Source: a virus (lineage: Duplodnaviria; Caudoviricetes). Taken from it: a stretch of 40,328 nucleotides of DNA. The position numbers and the translations under genes are program-made. Where the stretch lies: the IMG/VR virus record IMGVR_UViG_3300032225_000583, positions 1 through 40,328 of that record. One strand, 5' to 3'. Under the pieces are notes generated by a model. It had not been told where the DNA came from. It saw only the letters and a program-made list of their open reading frames with translations, and did no database searches. The number at the start of each line of letters is the position of its first letter. Within the stretch, counting starts at the first letter, position 1. Below, one piece after another: positions 1 to 10,404 of this stretch.

Positions 1-123
1 ATCCAGATTCAGCCAACACCGCTTGACCCAATGGTTCACTATCAGGAAAATCTAATGTGCCGTGATCTTTGTGGTATTCCTCTTGATAATCCCAATGATC
101 TTTGCCAATGCAATTACCAATTG
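1..123. repeat. 123-bp direct terminal repeat, copy 1 (circular assembly overlap)
   Basis: Identical to 40206-40328; an ORF reads in frame across the junction. Confidence 0.95.
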
Positions 124-187
124 CACAATTAGAAATTGCTGCTATGTCTACAACAATTCCATTTTCTATTTTTGCAAAATATGCCAT
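1..187 (-). CDS. 5' part of a 100-aa protein spanning the circular junction (continues 40205-40090); partner of Gly-rich fibre protein
   Basis: ATG at 187, MAYFAKIENGIVVDIAAISNCAIGNCIGKDHW...; paralog of 38799..39140; not in the ORF track. Confidence 0.85.
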   Translation of the reverse strand, partial: MAYFAKIENGIVVDIAAISNCAIGNCIGKDHWDYQEEYHKDHGTLDFPDSEPLGQAVLAESG

Positions 188-190
188 TTT

Positions 191-1063
191 TTATCCAATC
201 ACTATAACTGCATAACCTAAACCGCCTGCTCCACCTGAAATATTTAATCCGCTAGTTTGATTTGACGCACCACCACCTGCACCTAAGTTTGCAGTACCAG
301 CAGTTCCATTACCTGTTGTAGCTCCTGCTCCGCCGCCACCAGCAGCACCACCAGCGTATGCATTTCCATTACCAGCACCACCACCACCACCTGCATAAAA
401 AATTGCAGTTCCGGTAATGCTATTTGATAAACCTGTTCCACCAGTACCAGCAGTAGAACCTGCAGCACCAGCACCGCCTCCGCCGCCAGGAATTGAAGAA
501 GCATTATTACCACTAGCACCAGCATTTCCTTGACTCAATTGTGATGCACCACCAGTGCCAGCAAAATATACGCCAAATGCTCCACCGCCACCTGAACCAC
601 CTGTTAAACCAGAAGGAGATTGACCAGAACCACCACCTCCACCGCCTATTGCAATATAATTATCATTTAATGATGATGATACGCCATTTCTTCCACATTG
701 AGCATAAGCATTACCAGATGATGAAACGGCGCCACCTGCTCCTCCTGCTCCAACTGTTACTGTTAAAGTTCCAGTAGGTACAATTATGGATGTGCTGTAA
801 AGGATTCCTCCCGCACCACCACCACCACCACCACCACCGTTATTAGAATTAGAACCGCCTCCGCCACCGCCACCTACCAATAATAATTCACAAGTACCAG
901 CAGTACCAATTGTTATTGAACCACTACCTGTATATTTGATAATTGTTTTACCTGGGCGTGTGGTTGTATCAATAGTAGGTGATCCAGTAGTAGCAGAATA
1001 AGTTGCTTTACCAATTGGATAATAGTTACCGTTGATTGCTCCAGAAAATTTTGTAATTGTCAT
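191..1063 (-). CDS. Glycine-rich domain virion protein (putative fibre/adhesin)
   Basis: Many GGGGG/GGAGG runs, LLVGGGGGGG and YAGGGGG motifs; located in the tail module. Confidence 0.75.
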   Translation of the reverse strand: MTITKFSGAINGNYYPIGKATYSATTGSPTIDTTTRPGKTIIKYTGSGSITIGTAGTCELLLVGGGGGGGSNSNNGGGGGGGGAGGILYSTSIIVPTGTLTVTVGAGGAGGAVSSSGNAYAQCGRNGVSSSLNDNYIAIGGGGGGSGQSPSGLTGGSGGGGAFGVYFAGTGGASQLSQGNAGASGNNASSIPGGGGGAGAAGSTAGTGGTGLSNSITGTAIFYAGGGGGAGNGNAYAGGAAGGGGAGATTGNGTAGTANLGAGGGASNQTSGLNISGGAGGLGYAVIVIG

Positions 1064-1392
1064 TAAGAAATTTCGCTTCCAAATGCTGTAAATGATACGG
1101 TTGCTGAAGAGGCATAAACAGTTAGTACATCTGTTGTAGCCATTGTAATACCTAGTGTTAATGCTGTTGAATCAGACGCGCCGACTGTTACGTCATAAGC
1201 AAGATACATAGCAGCAGTTTGTGCGCCGCCTGCTGGTCTTACTGATAGACGGAATGTAGCAGAAGATGCTGCTTGGTTAGCAATTACAATAGTTGATACT
1301 ACTGCTGATGTTGATGCCGGTACTGTGTATAGAGTTGTTGCTGTTGTTGCTGCTGGGTTGCTTTGTCCCAACACCTTATAAGCGGTTGCCAT
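1063..1392 (-). CDS. Small beta-rich tail-associated protein
   Basis: AAGGAG RBS, coupled to the downstream gene, Ala/Thr-rich. Confidence 0.7.
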   Translation of the reverse strand: MATAYKVLGQSNPAATTATTLYTVPASTSAVVSTIVIANQAASSATFRLSVRPAGGAQTAAMYLAYDVTVGASDSTALTLGITMATTDVLTVYASSATVSFTAFGSEIS

Positions 1393-1412
1393 TTTTTCTC
1401 CTTAGTTGTTGG

Positions 1413-1943
1413 TTAAGCGCCCATTAACATAAATGTATCTGGGAGGGAAGCACCACCTGTTGATGCTGCCCATTTAACTCCTGCTGTTTGTGTTGAATCA
1501 GCAGTAAGAACATATGTATTATTACCTATACCTACTCTTGTTACTGTAGCTGAACCAGTTGCTACTATCAGATCACCTTTAGTAGTTACAGTTGATTTAG
1601 GTATTGCAGCGTTTGCGGTATCTACGCCATCTCTAAAATAAATTAAATCTGCGCTAGTAAGTACGTGTCTTACAGTCGCACCGCTTGCGTGTGCTACACC
1701 AGAGGTACCAGCTTGTGCTCTAGTAATTGTAAAAGTATCACCGGAGTTAGCGGTGACATAGCAAATCTCTTCAGTTTGGGTATCAGGATCAATGGCAATA
1801 GTAAAGATATCACCAGCAGTAAAGCCTGATCCTTGGATTAGTGGTGCTCCACCGCCAGAGGTAACAACCATACTGGTACCTATATTGGTCAAAGCAGAAG
1901 CCAGAGTAGTAGCTACGCTGGTTGAGGAATATACTCTTGCCAT
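1413..1943 (-). CDS. Tail fibre/structural protein
   Basis: TITRAQAGT..AHASGATV and TTKGDLIVATG..VLTADST..GVKW segments typical of phage fibres. Confidence 0.7.
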   Translation of the reverse strand: MARVYSSTSVATTLASALTNIGTSMVVTSGGGAPLIQGSGFTAGDIFTIAIDPDTQTEEICYVTANSGDTFTITRAQAGTSGVAHASGATVRHVLTSADLIYFRDGVDTANAAIPKSTVTTKGDLIVATGSATVTRVGIGNNTYVLTADSTQTAGVKWAASTGGASLPDTFMLMGA

Positions 1944-1952
1944 TTTTCTTCC

Positions 1953-2855
1953 TTACTTGGAGTAGTGAGTTCTGATCGGGAACAGGGATTGCAACTTAAC
2001 AGACTCTTCTTGTAGACGTTGTTGGTATAAAGCAAAAACATACTTAGATGCAGAAGCACCAGATGTTGAAGGTAACTTAGCGTCGGCTAGATCTGCCTCA
2101 GCGCTGGTAAGGTTAATTCTACCGGTGTCAAGATAAGACAGTAATCTGTACGCAGCACCGAGAGTAGTAACATCCCTTGTGGATTCTGGTAATCCCGTAA
2201 CTGTTGTGTAATTATCAGTACTATTAGTGAGGTTATTTGGTAGAGCTGAATAGTAGACTTGTACTGTACGACCAGGCATAATCTTGTCATAGATGTTCAC
2301 CGTCTTTGTTGTATTAAATGTTGCTACGTTAGCCATCTTATCAATACGCCACTTGTTAACAGGTAGCCACTCTTTAGATGGTCCAACAGTTTGCCAAGAT
2401 ATATACAATACATCTCTTGCATCATCTGGTAGATTGTATGCAACTTGTGCTGCATTAAAGGTAAAGGTAGTTGAATAGATACCAAACAGTTTTGGGTAGT
2501 AAGAACTGATTGTATCGTTGATTGCTTGTCTAATAGTTGTTCTAGGAAAAGTAGGGGTCATAGTGATTTGAGCATTAACAGGATGTGGTGCTGGGGTAGT
2601 ACCTTGGTATCCTCTACCAAATCCTGGTATTGCGTTAAGAGTTAAGTTAGTTCTATCAAAGGATGTAATCCAAAGTAACTCATCTTCAATCTCAATAACA
2701 CCTTTAGCAAGGTTCTCTGCTGATCCAATCTGAATAGACAAATCAGTAGCGGTGATGCCACTGGGATTGGCTAGGTTAGTTATGCGATCTTGGCGCAGCG
2801 TATAGCCTGCAAGATTTGATTTAACCTCAGAGATCAATTGACTAAGTGTTGTCAT
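1953..2855 (-). CDS. Putative head-tail adaptor / tail tubular protein A-like
   Basis: Size, MTTLSQLISEV N-terminus, helical C-terminus and position; function inferred. Confidence 0.55.
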   Translation of the reverse strand: MTTLSQLISEVKSNLAGYTLRQDRITNLANPSGITATDLSIQIGSAENLAKGVIEIEDELLWITSFDRTNLTLNAIPGFGRGYQGTTPAPHPVNAQITMTPTFPRTTIRQAINDTISSYYPKLFGIYSTTFTFNAAQVAYNLPDDARDVLYISWQTVGPSKEWLPVNKWRIDKMANVATFNTTKTVNIYDKIMPGRTVQVYYSALPNNLTNSTDNYTTVTGLPESTRDVTTLGAAYRLLSYLDTGRINLTSAEADLADAKLPSTSGASASKYVFALYQQRLQEESVKLQSLFPIRTHYSK

Positions 2856-3906
2856 TACCCACCTTTTCTGTGTAGAATTTTAAATTTGTTTGTAATCTTT
2901 CATCTTCCGGTGTTATCTCTACTGCCTTCTTGCCGTACTCGTATGCCTCTTGCCATTGCTCTAAGTTCCAAGCTGATACTGCAACAAGATCATCTGCCAT
3001 ATGAGTCCAAGCCCAAGCCTCAACCATAAACTCTGTAGCCTTTTCAGTTTTGGTTAAAGCAATCTTTGCTACCTTGTTACATTCTTTCCATTGTTTAGTA
3101 TGGTAGTAATGGTTAGCTAAGGCTAAGACGGATTCTCTGCTTTGATACTCTTCAGTAGATCTTATTAAATACTCTTCAGCATTAGCGGTATCACACTTAG
3201 CCATAATCCGTAAAGCAAATCCTCGCTCTGCTGTAAATGTGCTAATCTCTAAATATTTCTTTAAAGTATCTAATGCTTCAGTAAATCTTTCGTGGTAAAA
3301 ATACTCTCTTCCTAAATAGTATAGGTTTCTACTATCAGGGTTTTCTTTGGCTGCGTTCTCAAGCATAGGTAAGTAATTGCCTCTTGACTTCTCACCATCT
3401 GGTAAATGCCAAGATTCAATATTAAACATCTTAGCTGTTTCTTCTTTTTCACGGTTATATCCTTGCGGTACTTCGTGAATTGGATAGACCCATCTAACAT
3501 TGTTTCTAGTGTGGATTCTAAATCCATCAAACTCTGCCTTGATACTTCCATCAGGATTAAAATCTGTTACAAATCTATAGCGAGGTTTTTCTATACTTTC
3601 AGCGTAAGCCTTCTCTAATTCTTGCCGCCAGCCTGGACGCATAATCTCATCCATATCCATAGCGATACAATAATTAGCATCGGCTGGTACTAAAGCAAGA
3701 CTTGCGTTTCTAGCATCATCAAACCTAAAAGGTTTAACAGAGATCGTATGAACTGCTATGCCAAGTTCTTTAGCAATTTTAACGGTATCATCAGTTGAAC
3801 CGGTATCTGCTATAACGTGGTAATCAGCTTCTCTGGTTGACTCATACCATCTCTTGACGTGCTTCTCTTCATTTAAGGCTATTGCATAGACAGCAACTTT
3901 CATCAC
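2842..3906 (-). CDS. Glycosyltransferase family 2 with C-terminal TPR repeats
   Basis: VYAIALNEE, DTGSTDDT, FDDARNASL, DMDE (DxD), IHE motifs; TPR-like YYLGREY and helical repeats. Confidence 0.88.
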   Translation of the reverse strand: MMKVAVYAIALNEEKHVKRWYESTREADYHVIADTGSTDDTVKIAKELGIAVHTISVKPFRFDDARNASLALVPADANYCIAMDMDEIMRPGWRQELEKAYAESIEKPRYRFVTDFNPDGSIKAEFDGFRIHTRNNVRWVYPIHEVPQGYNREKEETAKMFNIESWHLPDGEKSRGNYLPMLENAAKENPDSRNLYYLGREYFYHERFTEALDTLKKYLEISTFTAERGFALRIMAKCDTANAEEYLIRSTEEYQSRESVLALANHYYHTKQWKECNKVAKIALTKTEKATEFMVEAWAWTHMADDLVAVSAWNLEQWQEAYEYGKKAVEITPEDERLQTNLKFYTEKVGNDNT

Positions 3907-3912
3907 TCTAGT

Positions 3913-4134
3913 CTACATTCCACCTAACATTAAAATATCGGGCAACGCCGTTGCATTAGATCCTGTTGCACCAGTAGGACCCGTTGGTCCCGCTACTGTA
4001 GATGTGGCACCTGTTGGACCGGTAGGTCCTGTAGATCCAGTAGATCCAGTCGGTCCTGTTGGTCCAGTAGGTCCTTGTGCTCCGACAACAGCATTAACCC
4101 AGGCTGACCCATCCCAGTATTTAAGCTGAGCCAT
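3913..4134 (-). CDS. Short collagen-like (Gly-X-Thr) protein
   Basis: LKYWDGSAW followed by GPT/GST/GAT repeats. Confidence 0.8.
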   Translation of the reverse strand: MAQLKYWDGSAWVNAVVGAQGPTGPTGPTGSTGSTGPTGPTGATSTVAGPTGPTGATGSNATALPDILMLGGM

Positions 4135-4231
4135 TATTCTGTCTCCTCATCTGGAATGTCGATTTCCTCGACAATGTTGTTGTTTGGCTTTGTTTCGTCA
4201 TAGCCGCCTAAGCCGTAAGTTATTGTTTTCA

Positions 4232-4232
<1 letters not shown>
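4134..4232 (-). CDS. 32-aa acidic microprotein ([32 protein letters not shown])
   Basis: Fills the gap exactly, with TAATG overlaps at both ends. Confidence 0.75.
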
Positions 4233-6479
<2,247 letters not shown>

Positions 6480-6483
<4 letters not shown>

Positions 6484-6773
6484 GAAGCCACCTGCGCCAA
6501 TGACGCAGAAGGTTCTAACCCAACAGTTCCAGCTATTGCGTTACAAATTCCTGCTATATCTAAAAACTTTGAACGATCTGTTACGCCATAAATAAGGTTA
6601 AGAACTCCGACAACATCAGTGATACCACTAGCAAGGGATACACCTCTGCGGGTAGCCCAAGCCTGAGCAGCACCTGCTTGATCTTTAAAATCTTGACGGG
6701 GAGGATAGGTGCCACCGTTGGCTAAACGATTTAACTCAGCATTAGTTGTTGAACCAGGATTACCGTAGTACAC
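6480..6773 (-). CDS. Hypothetical virion-region protein
   Basis: GTG start with GAGG RBS; ATGA overlap with the next gene. Confidence 0.7.
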
Positions 6774-6782
6774 CTATCTACC

Positions 6783-6947
6783 TCACTTCTTTTTAGATTT
6801 TTTAGATACTGCAGCGTTATCCACTAAATTTGGATAAGGTCTGCCTGCTGCTTTTGCTTTAGCTTTAGCGCTAGATTTCTGCGCTGGTGTTAATTTCTTA
6901 GATGTTTTCTTAGGATTCTTTGTATCCCAAAATGCTTTCTTTTTCAT
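6783..6947 (-). CDS. 54-aa Lys-rich protein (MKKKAFWDTKNPKK...GRPYPNLVDN...)
   Basis: Translated by hand; ATGA overlap with the upstream gene. Confidence 0.8.
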   Translation of the reverse strand: MKKKAFWDTKNPKKTSKKLTPAQKSSAKAKAKAAGRPYPNLVDNAAVSKKSKKK

Positions 6948-7246
6948 TTCTTACCTTTATTTCTTTTAGAAATACTTGCTGCTTTTTTCTTAGCATCTGC
7001 TTTGCTTGATGCTCCCCAAGCCTGTAAAGAAAGCAACAGTCTTGTAGGTTCACCATTTGGTTTGCGTTCAGGTCCTGGCATATTTCCCATACGAGCCAAG
7101 AAAGATGCTCTGCGTGGATTATCACCAGATTTAACTGGTGGTTTTAAATTACTGCCTTGTGCTTTAGCTGAAGCTCTACCCTTAGCGTTAAGTCCGCCTT
7201 TAGGGTTCTTACCTTCTTTGCGTTGCCACGCCGGACTGCTTGCCAT
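6944..7246 (-). CDS. Basic phage protein (DUF6321-like)
   Basis: AWQRKEGKNPKGGLNAKGRAS and RRASFLARM motifs; start reassigned to ATG 7246. Confidence 0.75.
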   Translation of the reverse strand: MASSPAWQRKEGKNPKGGLNAKGRASAKAQGSNLKPPVKSGDNPRRASFLARMGNMPGPERKPNGEPTRLLLSLQAWGASSKADAKKKAASISKRNKGKK

Positions 7247-7367
7247 ATTCACCGTACTTTCCTAATACTGCCCTAATAGATCCATTTTTATTAAGACGGA
7301 CTACTAAACCATTTTTAATCTGAATTGAATTAAACCCATCGTGGCGCTTGTAGCTACCAGATGACAT
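7209..7367 (-). CDS. 52-aa basic microprotein (MSSGSYKRHDGFNSIQIKNGLVVRL...)
   Basis: TAATG coupling with the upstream gene. Confidence 0.7.
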   Translation of the reverse strand: MSSGSYKRHDGFNSIQIKNGLVVRLNKNGSIRAVLGKYGEYGKQSGVATQRR

Positions 7368-7522
7368 TATTTCTTTTTGGCTTTCTTAGCCTCAGATAAA
7401 GCGATAGCAATTGCTTGCTTACGAGATTTAACTACTGGTCCTTTTTTGCTACCAGAATGTAGAGTTCCTCTTTTGAACTCACCCATTACTTTAGCTTCTT
7501 TTTTTATTGCTTTTTTTGCCAT
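7367..7522 (-). CDS. 51-aa basic protein (DUF6496-like)
   Basis: KVMGEFKRGTLHSGS...VKSRKQAIAIALSEA motif. Confidence 0.8.
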   Translation of the reverse strand: MAKKAIKKEAKVMGEFKRGTLHSGSKKGPVVKSRKQAIAIALSEAKKAKKK

Positions 7523-7706
7523 TAGGTTTCGCCTTAATCTTCTTAATTATCTTTTTATCTATAGCAGTATCTTGATCTTGGTATTTAACTTTGCGGTGTT
7601 TCTTATCTTCCTTCTCAAACGCTGTGCGTTGAGCAGGTGTTAACCGCTTCATTAACTTAGCATCAACTTTCTTATCACCGGCTTCGGTATAAAGTTGACG
7701 AGCCAT
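7491..7706 (-). CDS. Lys-rich small protein
   Basis: ORF track; TAATG coupling. Confidence 0.7.
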   Translation of the reverse strand: MARQLYTEAGDKKVDAKLMKRLTPAQRTAFEKEDKKHRKVKYQDQDTAIDKKIIKKIKAKPNGKKSNKKRS

Positions 7707-7888
7707 TACATACCCTTTTTAGACTTCATCCCTGAAACTTTTTTCAAGCGAGGATTAGCCTTAACTGCCTTAGCAGAAGCCTTACGAGCACCTGCTGCAA
7801 GAATTGCACCAGCACGCTCTTTAGATACACCTTGCTTCTTAGCAATCATTGATGCTGCTTTTTTAAATCCTGGGTGTGCTTTTTTCAT
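7706..7888 (-). CDS. Lys/Ala-rich small protein
   Basis: HPGFKKAASMIAKKQGVSKERAGAILAAG; TAATG coupling. Confidence 0.8.
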   Translation of the reverse strand: MKKAHPGFKKAASMIAKKQGVSKERAGAILAAGARKASAKAVKANPRLKKVSGMKSKKGM

Positions 7889-7998
7889 TATGCTTCTCCG
7901 CCTTCTGTTGCTTCGTTCTCTCCGCCTACTTTTCCAGCAGGTGAACCAGTCTGTAAATCGTCATATGATACGTAACCGCATCCGCAATTAGCACACAT
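7888..7998 (-). CDS. 36-aa acidic peptide with N-terminal MCxxCGC motif
   Basis: MCANCGCGYVSYDDLQTGSPAGKVGGENEATEGGEA; TAATG overlaps on both sides. Confidence 0.75.
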   Translation of the reverse strand: MCANCGCGYVSYDDLQTGSPAGKVGGENEATEGGEA

Positions 7999-8162
7999 TA
8001 TTTGCCTACCTTCTTCTTACCGCCAGCGAATGTTGCCTTGTTACCCTTAGTCTTAGCAGGAGTTCCGCCCATAGTTGATGCTGGAATACCTTTCTTGCTA
8101 CCTGCGCCAAAACTCTTGGCGTTAGTGGACATAGCACCACCAGATGATTTCATCTTTTTCAT
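7998..8162 (-). CDS. 54-aa Lys/Gly-rich microprotein
   Basis: AAGGAG RBS; MKKMKSSGGAMSTNAKSFGAGSKKG... Confidence 0.75.
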   Translation of the reverse strand: MKKMKSSGGAMSTNAKSFGAGSKKGIPASTMGGTPAKTKGNKATFAGGKKKVGK

Positions 8163-8174
8163 AGTTTCTCCTTG

Positions 8175-8447
8175 TTAGATTTTGTTTCCATCGAACGCAA
8201 CGCCTGTTTCATTACTGAACTTAAGTGCTGCGTCAATATCTTTTTGTTTGGTTGATATAGGTTCTACGCCTTGTGCTATAGCGGAGTAATAAGAGGTTAA
8301 TTCTTTTTCATCTTTTTTAATTGCTGAAAGGGATGCTCCAGTCCTAGATGGAGTAGCACCACCAGAGATCATAGGCATATTGGATCTAATACAAGCTCCG
8401 TATGACTCGTGATCTTGGGTCTTACAACTTGATGTACAGTTACTCAT
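8175..8447 (-). CDS. Hypothetical protein with Cys/His N-terminus
   Basis: CTSSCKTQDHESYGAC motif; GAGGAG RBS. Confidence 0.75.
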   Translation of the reverse strand: MSNCTSSCKTQDHESYGACIRSNMPMISGGATPSRTGASLSAIKKDEKELTSYYSAIAQGVEPISTKQKDIDAALKFSNETGVAFDGNKI

Positions 8448-8794
8448 TGCTCCTCATAAATTGGTGTTAAGTAATCGCTATAGCCTTTAGATGCCATAAA
8501 CTGACCTTGCGCTATTGTAATACTATAGACGTGACCACCGAGGAAATAGTAATCAGCATCTGCTAAAGTGTTTTGATAGGGATATAAAGTTTCTTCTACT
8601 TGTCCATCTCTAATAATTAAAGTTTTGCCACGAGCAATATCAGTTAGGAATGGGTTAATAGTTCCCGTTGATGTTCCACCAGTGATTGGTCTACCAGCAA
8701 GACGAGAGTATTTATCAGGCCAAGGTTGACCTGCTCCCCACGTCTGGTATTCCCAAGGTGTATTTATTGAGTAACCAACTAATACTTGTGCCAT
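8444..8794 (-). CDS. Hypothetical protein downstream of major capsid
   Basis: Likely start ATG 8794 after AAAGGAAG; the upstream extension in the track overlaps the capsid gene. Confidence 0.75.
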   Translation of the reverse strand: MAQVLVGYSINTPWEYQTWGAGQPWPDKYSRLAGRPITGGTSTGTINPFLTDIARGKTLIIRDGQVEETLYPYQNTLADADYYFLGGHVYSITIAQGQFMASKGYSDYLTPIYEEQ

Positions 8795-8810
8795 AACTTC
8801 CTTTCTAAGT

Positions 8811-8840
8811 GATGAGAGGCGGTTTGACCCGCCCCCCACC
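8811..8840 (-). terminator. Strong hairpin after the capsid gene (U-tract-less terminator or mRNA stabiliser)
   Basis: GGTGGGGGGCGG-GTCAAA-CCGCCTCTCATC, 12-bp stem with G-U pairs. Confidence 0.6.
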
Positions 8841-8852
8841 GAAACGGATTTA

Positions 8853-9779
8853 TTAGCCGTTTGTTGCAGCAGACTCCACACGGTAGATAGCTGCTTGACG
8901 AAGTAGTGAAAATCCGCCAAAGTAGTACCAACCGATTGTGTGGTATCGACGCAAAGCATCGATTTGAGGTCCGATAATCGTTGAGATATCTTGACCTTGC
9001 GCTTCTGCAAGCGCTTCACGTCCGGCAATAACTGCCTTGTAAACGTTAGTTGTTCCATTTGTTGCGTAAGGAACGCGAGGTGTCTCTACAATGAAAGCAC
9101 CTTCAATTACGCCAACAGCACCAGCGACGAACGGAGTGCGATCTACGTACTTAGTTAGTTCCTGGAATCCACCAGTTCCTGTTTCAGCACGAAGGTCAGC
9201 AGTCTGACGTGGGTGTAGGTATCCTGCATAAAGCTCACCAATACGAGGCAAAGCCTTGCCTGTACGTAGTTCAGTTACAGCCTCACGGATGTCTTGAACA
9301 GTGATCTTTTGTGAAGCAGTGATGCCTGCTGTAGTTGTTGCAGTTCCTGCGTAAACTACGTTGGTGCCGCCTGTTAGAACAGAAGCAACAACAGAGTCAA
9401 TAGAATCTGCAGCGTTGTAAGCGATGATATCAGCAAGTGCTGCATCTACATCGTTAAATGAAGTTAGGTTTAACTTCTTAGTTGTTGTTACGGCTGAGCC
9501 GTACTCTTGAAGTGTTACTGTAACCTGGTTTGGGTTACCTAGAGCAATAGAAGAAACATCTAGTGATTCTGTCAAAGTTGAAGTAGCTTGTGCTAAATCA
9601 GAATAGATTGAGAATACAACTGATGATCCTGGCATTGCCTGTTGAACAGGTTTGACATCTGCAAGCGCTCTCATTACTGGAATGGAACGTAGTGCCATAC
9701 GGACGTATTGATCATACGCGGTCTGGACTAAATTGCTGATTGCCGAGGTACCTGTTAGCGTACCGCCTGGAATTGCCAT
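8853..9779 (-). CDS. Major capsid protein (HK97 fold, N4-gp56-like family)
   Basis: 308 aa after the scaffold; VTVTLQEYG, YLHPRQTADLR, GAVGVIEGAFIVETP, DALRRYHTIGWY motifs. Confidence 0.9.
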   Translation of the reverse strand: MAIPGGTLTGTSAISNLVQTAYDQYVRMALRSIPVMRALADVKPVQQAMPGSSVVFSIYSDLAQATSTLTESLDVSSIALGNPNQVTVTLQEYGSAVTTTKKLNLTSFNDVDAALADIIAYNAADSIDSVVASVLTGGTNVVYAGTATTTAGITASQKITVQDIREAVTELRTGKALPRIGELYAGYLHPRQTADLRAETGTGGFQELTKYVDRTPFVAGAVGVIEGAFIVETPRVPYATNGTTNVYKAVIAGREALAEAQGQDISTIIGPQIDALRRYHTIGWYYFGGFSLLRQAAIYRVESAATNG

Positions 9780-9805
9780 TTAGGGTTTAGCCTTTCGGAT
9801 AGAAG

Positions 9806-10276
9806 TTATAACCCAGATTGGCGTAGAACTTCGTCCAACTCTTCCTTGCTATTGGTATTAAGAATCTTTTTTAGCATATCATCTGATGAATCAGGAGTTA
9901 ATCCGGAATCAACAGCGCTATTCATTTTCTTATACGCAGCCGCTTGAGCTGGGTCTACGATATCTTGGGTTGGTTCAGCAGTTACACCAAATACGTCGCC
10001 GTATTCGTTTAACCACTTAGACAAAGACTCCTCAGTTGGGTCTATGTCCGAAGGAATGAAAGAAGCAATTTTCTTATTCACTCCACGAGCTTCGAGGACA
10101 TCTTTAATAGCTCGTTCTCTTTGTGCTTTGGAAAGTCCGTCAAACTGGGCTTTTAGTTCAGCTAACTCTTTTTCCTTCTGCTTGTTTGCTTTACGCAACT
10201 GTTTAACGAGATCATTATTCTGACTCAGATCCTGTGTAGTATCGTCGTCTTCATCCTCGTAGTCGAAATTGGACAT
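9806..10276 (-). CDS. Capsid scaffolding protein
   Basis: Acidic N-terminus, coiled coil, immediately upstream of the capsid gene. Confidence 0.75.
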   Translation of the reverse strand: MSNFDYEDEDDDTTQDLSQNNDLVKQLRKANKQKEKELAELKAQFDGLSKAQRERAIKDVLEARGVNKKIASFIPSDIDPTEESLSKWLNEYGDVFGVTAEPTQDIVDPAQAAAYKKMNSAVDSGLTPDSSDDMLKKILNTNSKEELDEVLRQSGL

Positions 10277-10305
10277 TGTCCATCTCCCATTCTGTTTGTA
10301 GTTTC

Positions 10306-10391
10306 GTAGACCTCATATAGATTTGGGGATTTCTATATGGCTTCTACTCCTGGGGTTTAGTGTCACTCTAACGGACCAGTCGTCCCGTTAG
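10306..10391 (-). promoter_or_regulatory. Two-hairpin structured leader upstream of the scaffold gene
   Basis: CTAACGG/CCGTTAG stem and nested GTAGA..CATATAGA/TCTATATG..TCTAC stem. Confidence 0.55.
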
Positions 10392-10404
10392 CAGGCCTAG
10401 TTGT

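Noticed and set aside
191-1063. Duplicated Gly-rich genes as a diversity-generating retroelement or invertible cassette
   Set aside because: No reverse transcriptase or recombinase, same orientation, and no near-identical TR/VR pair.
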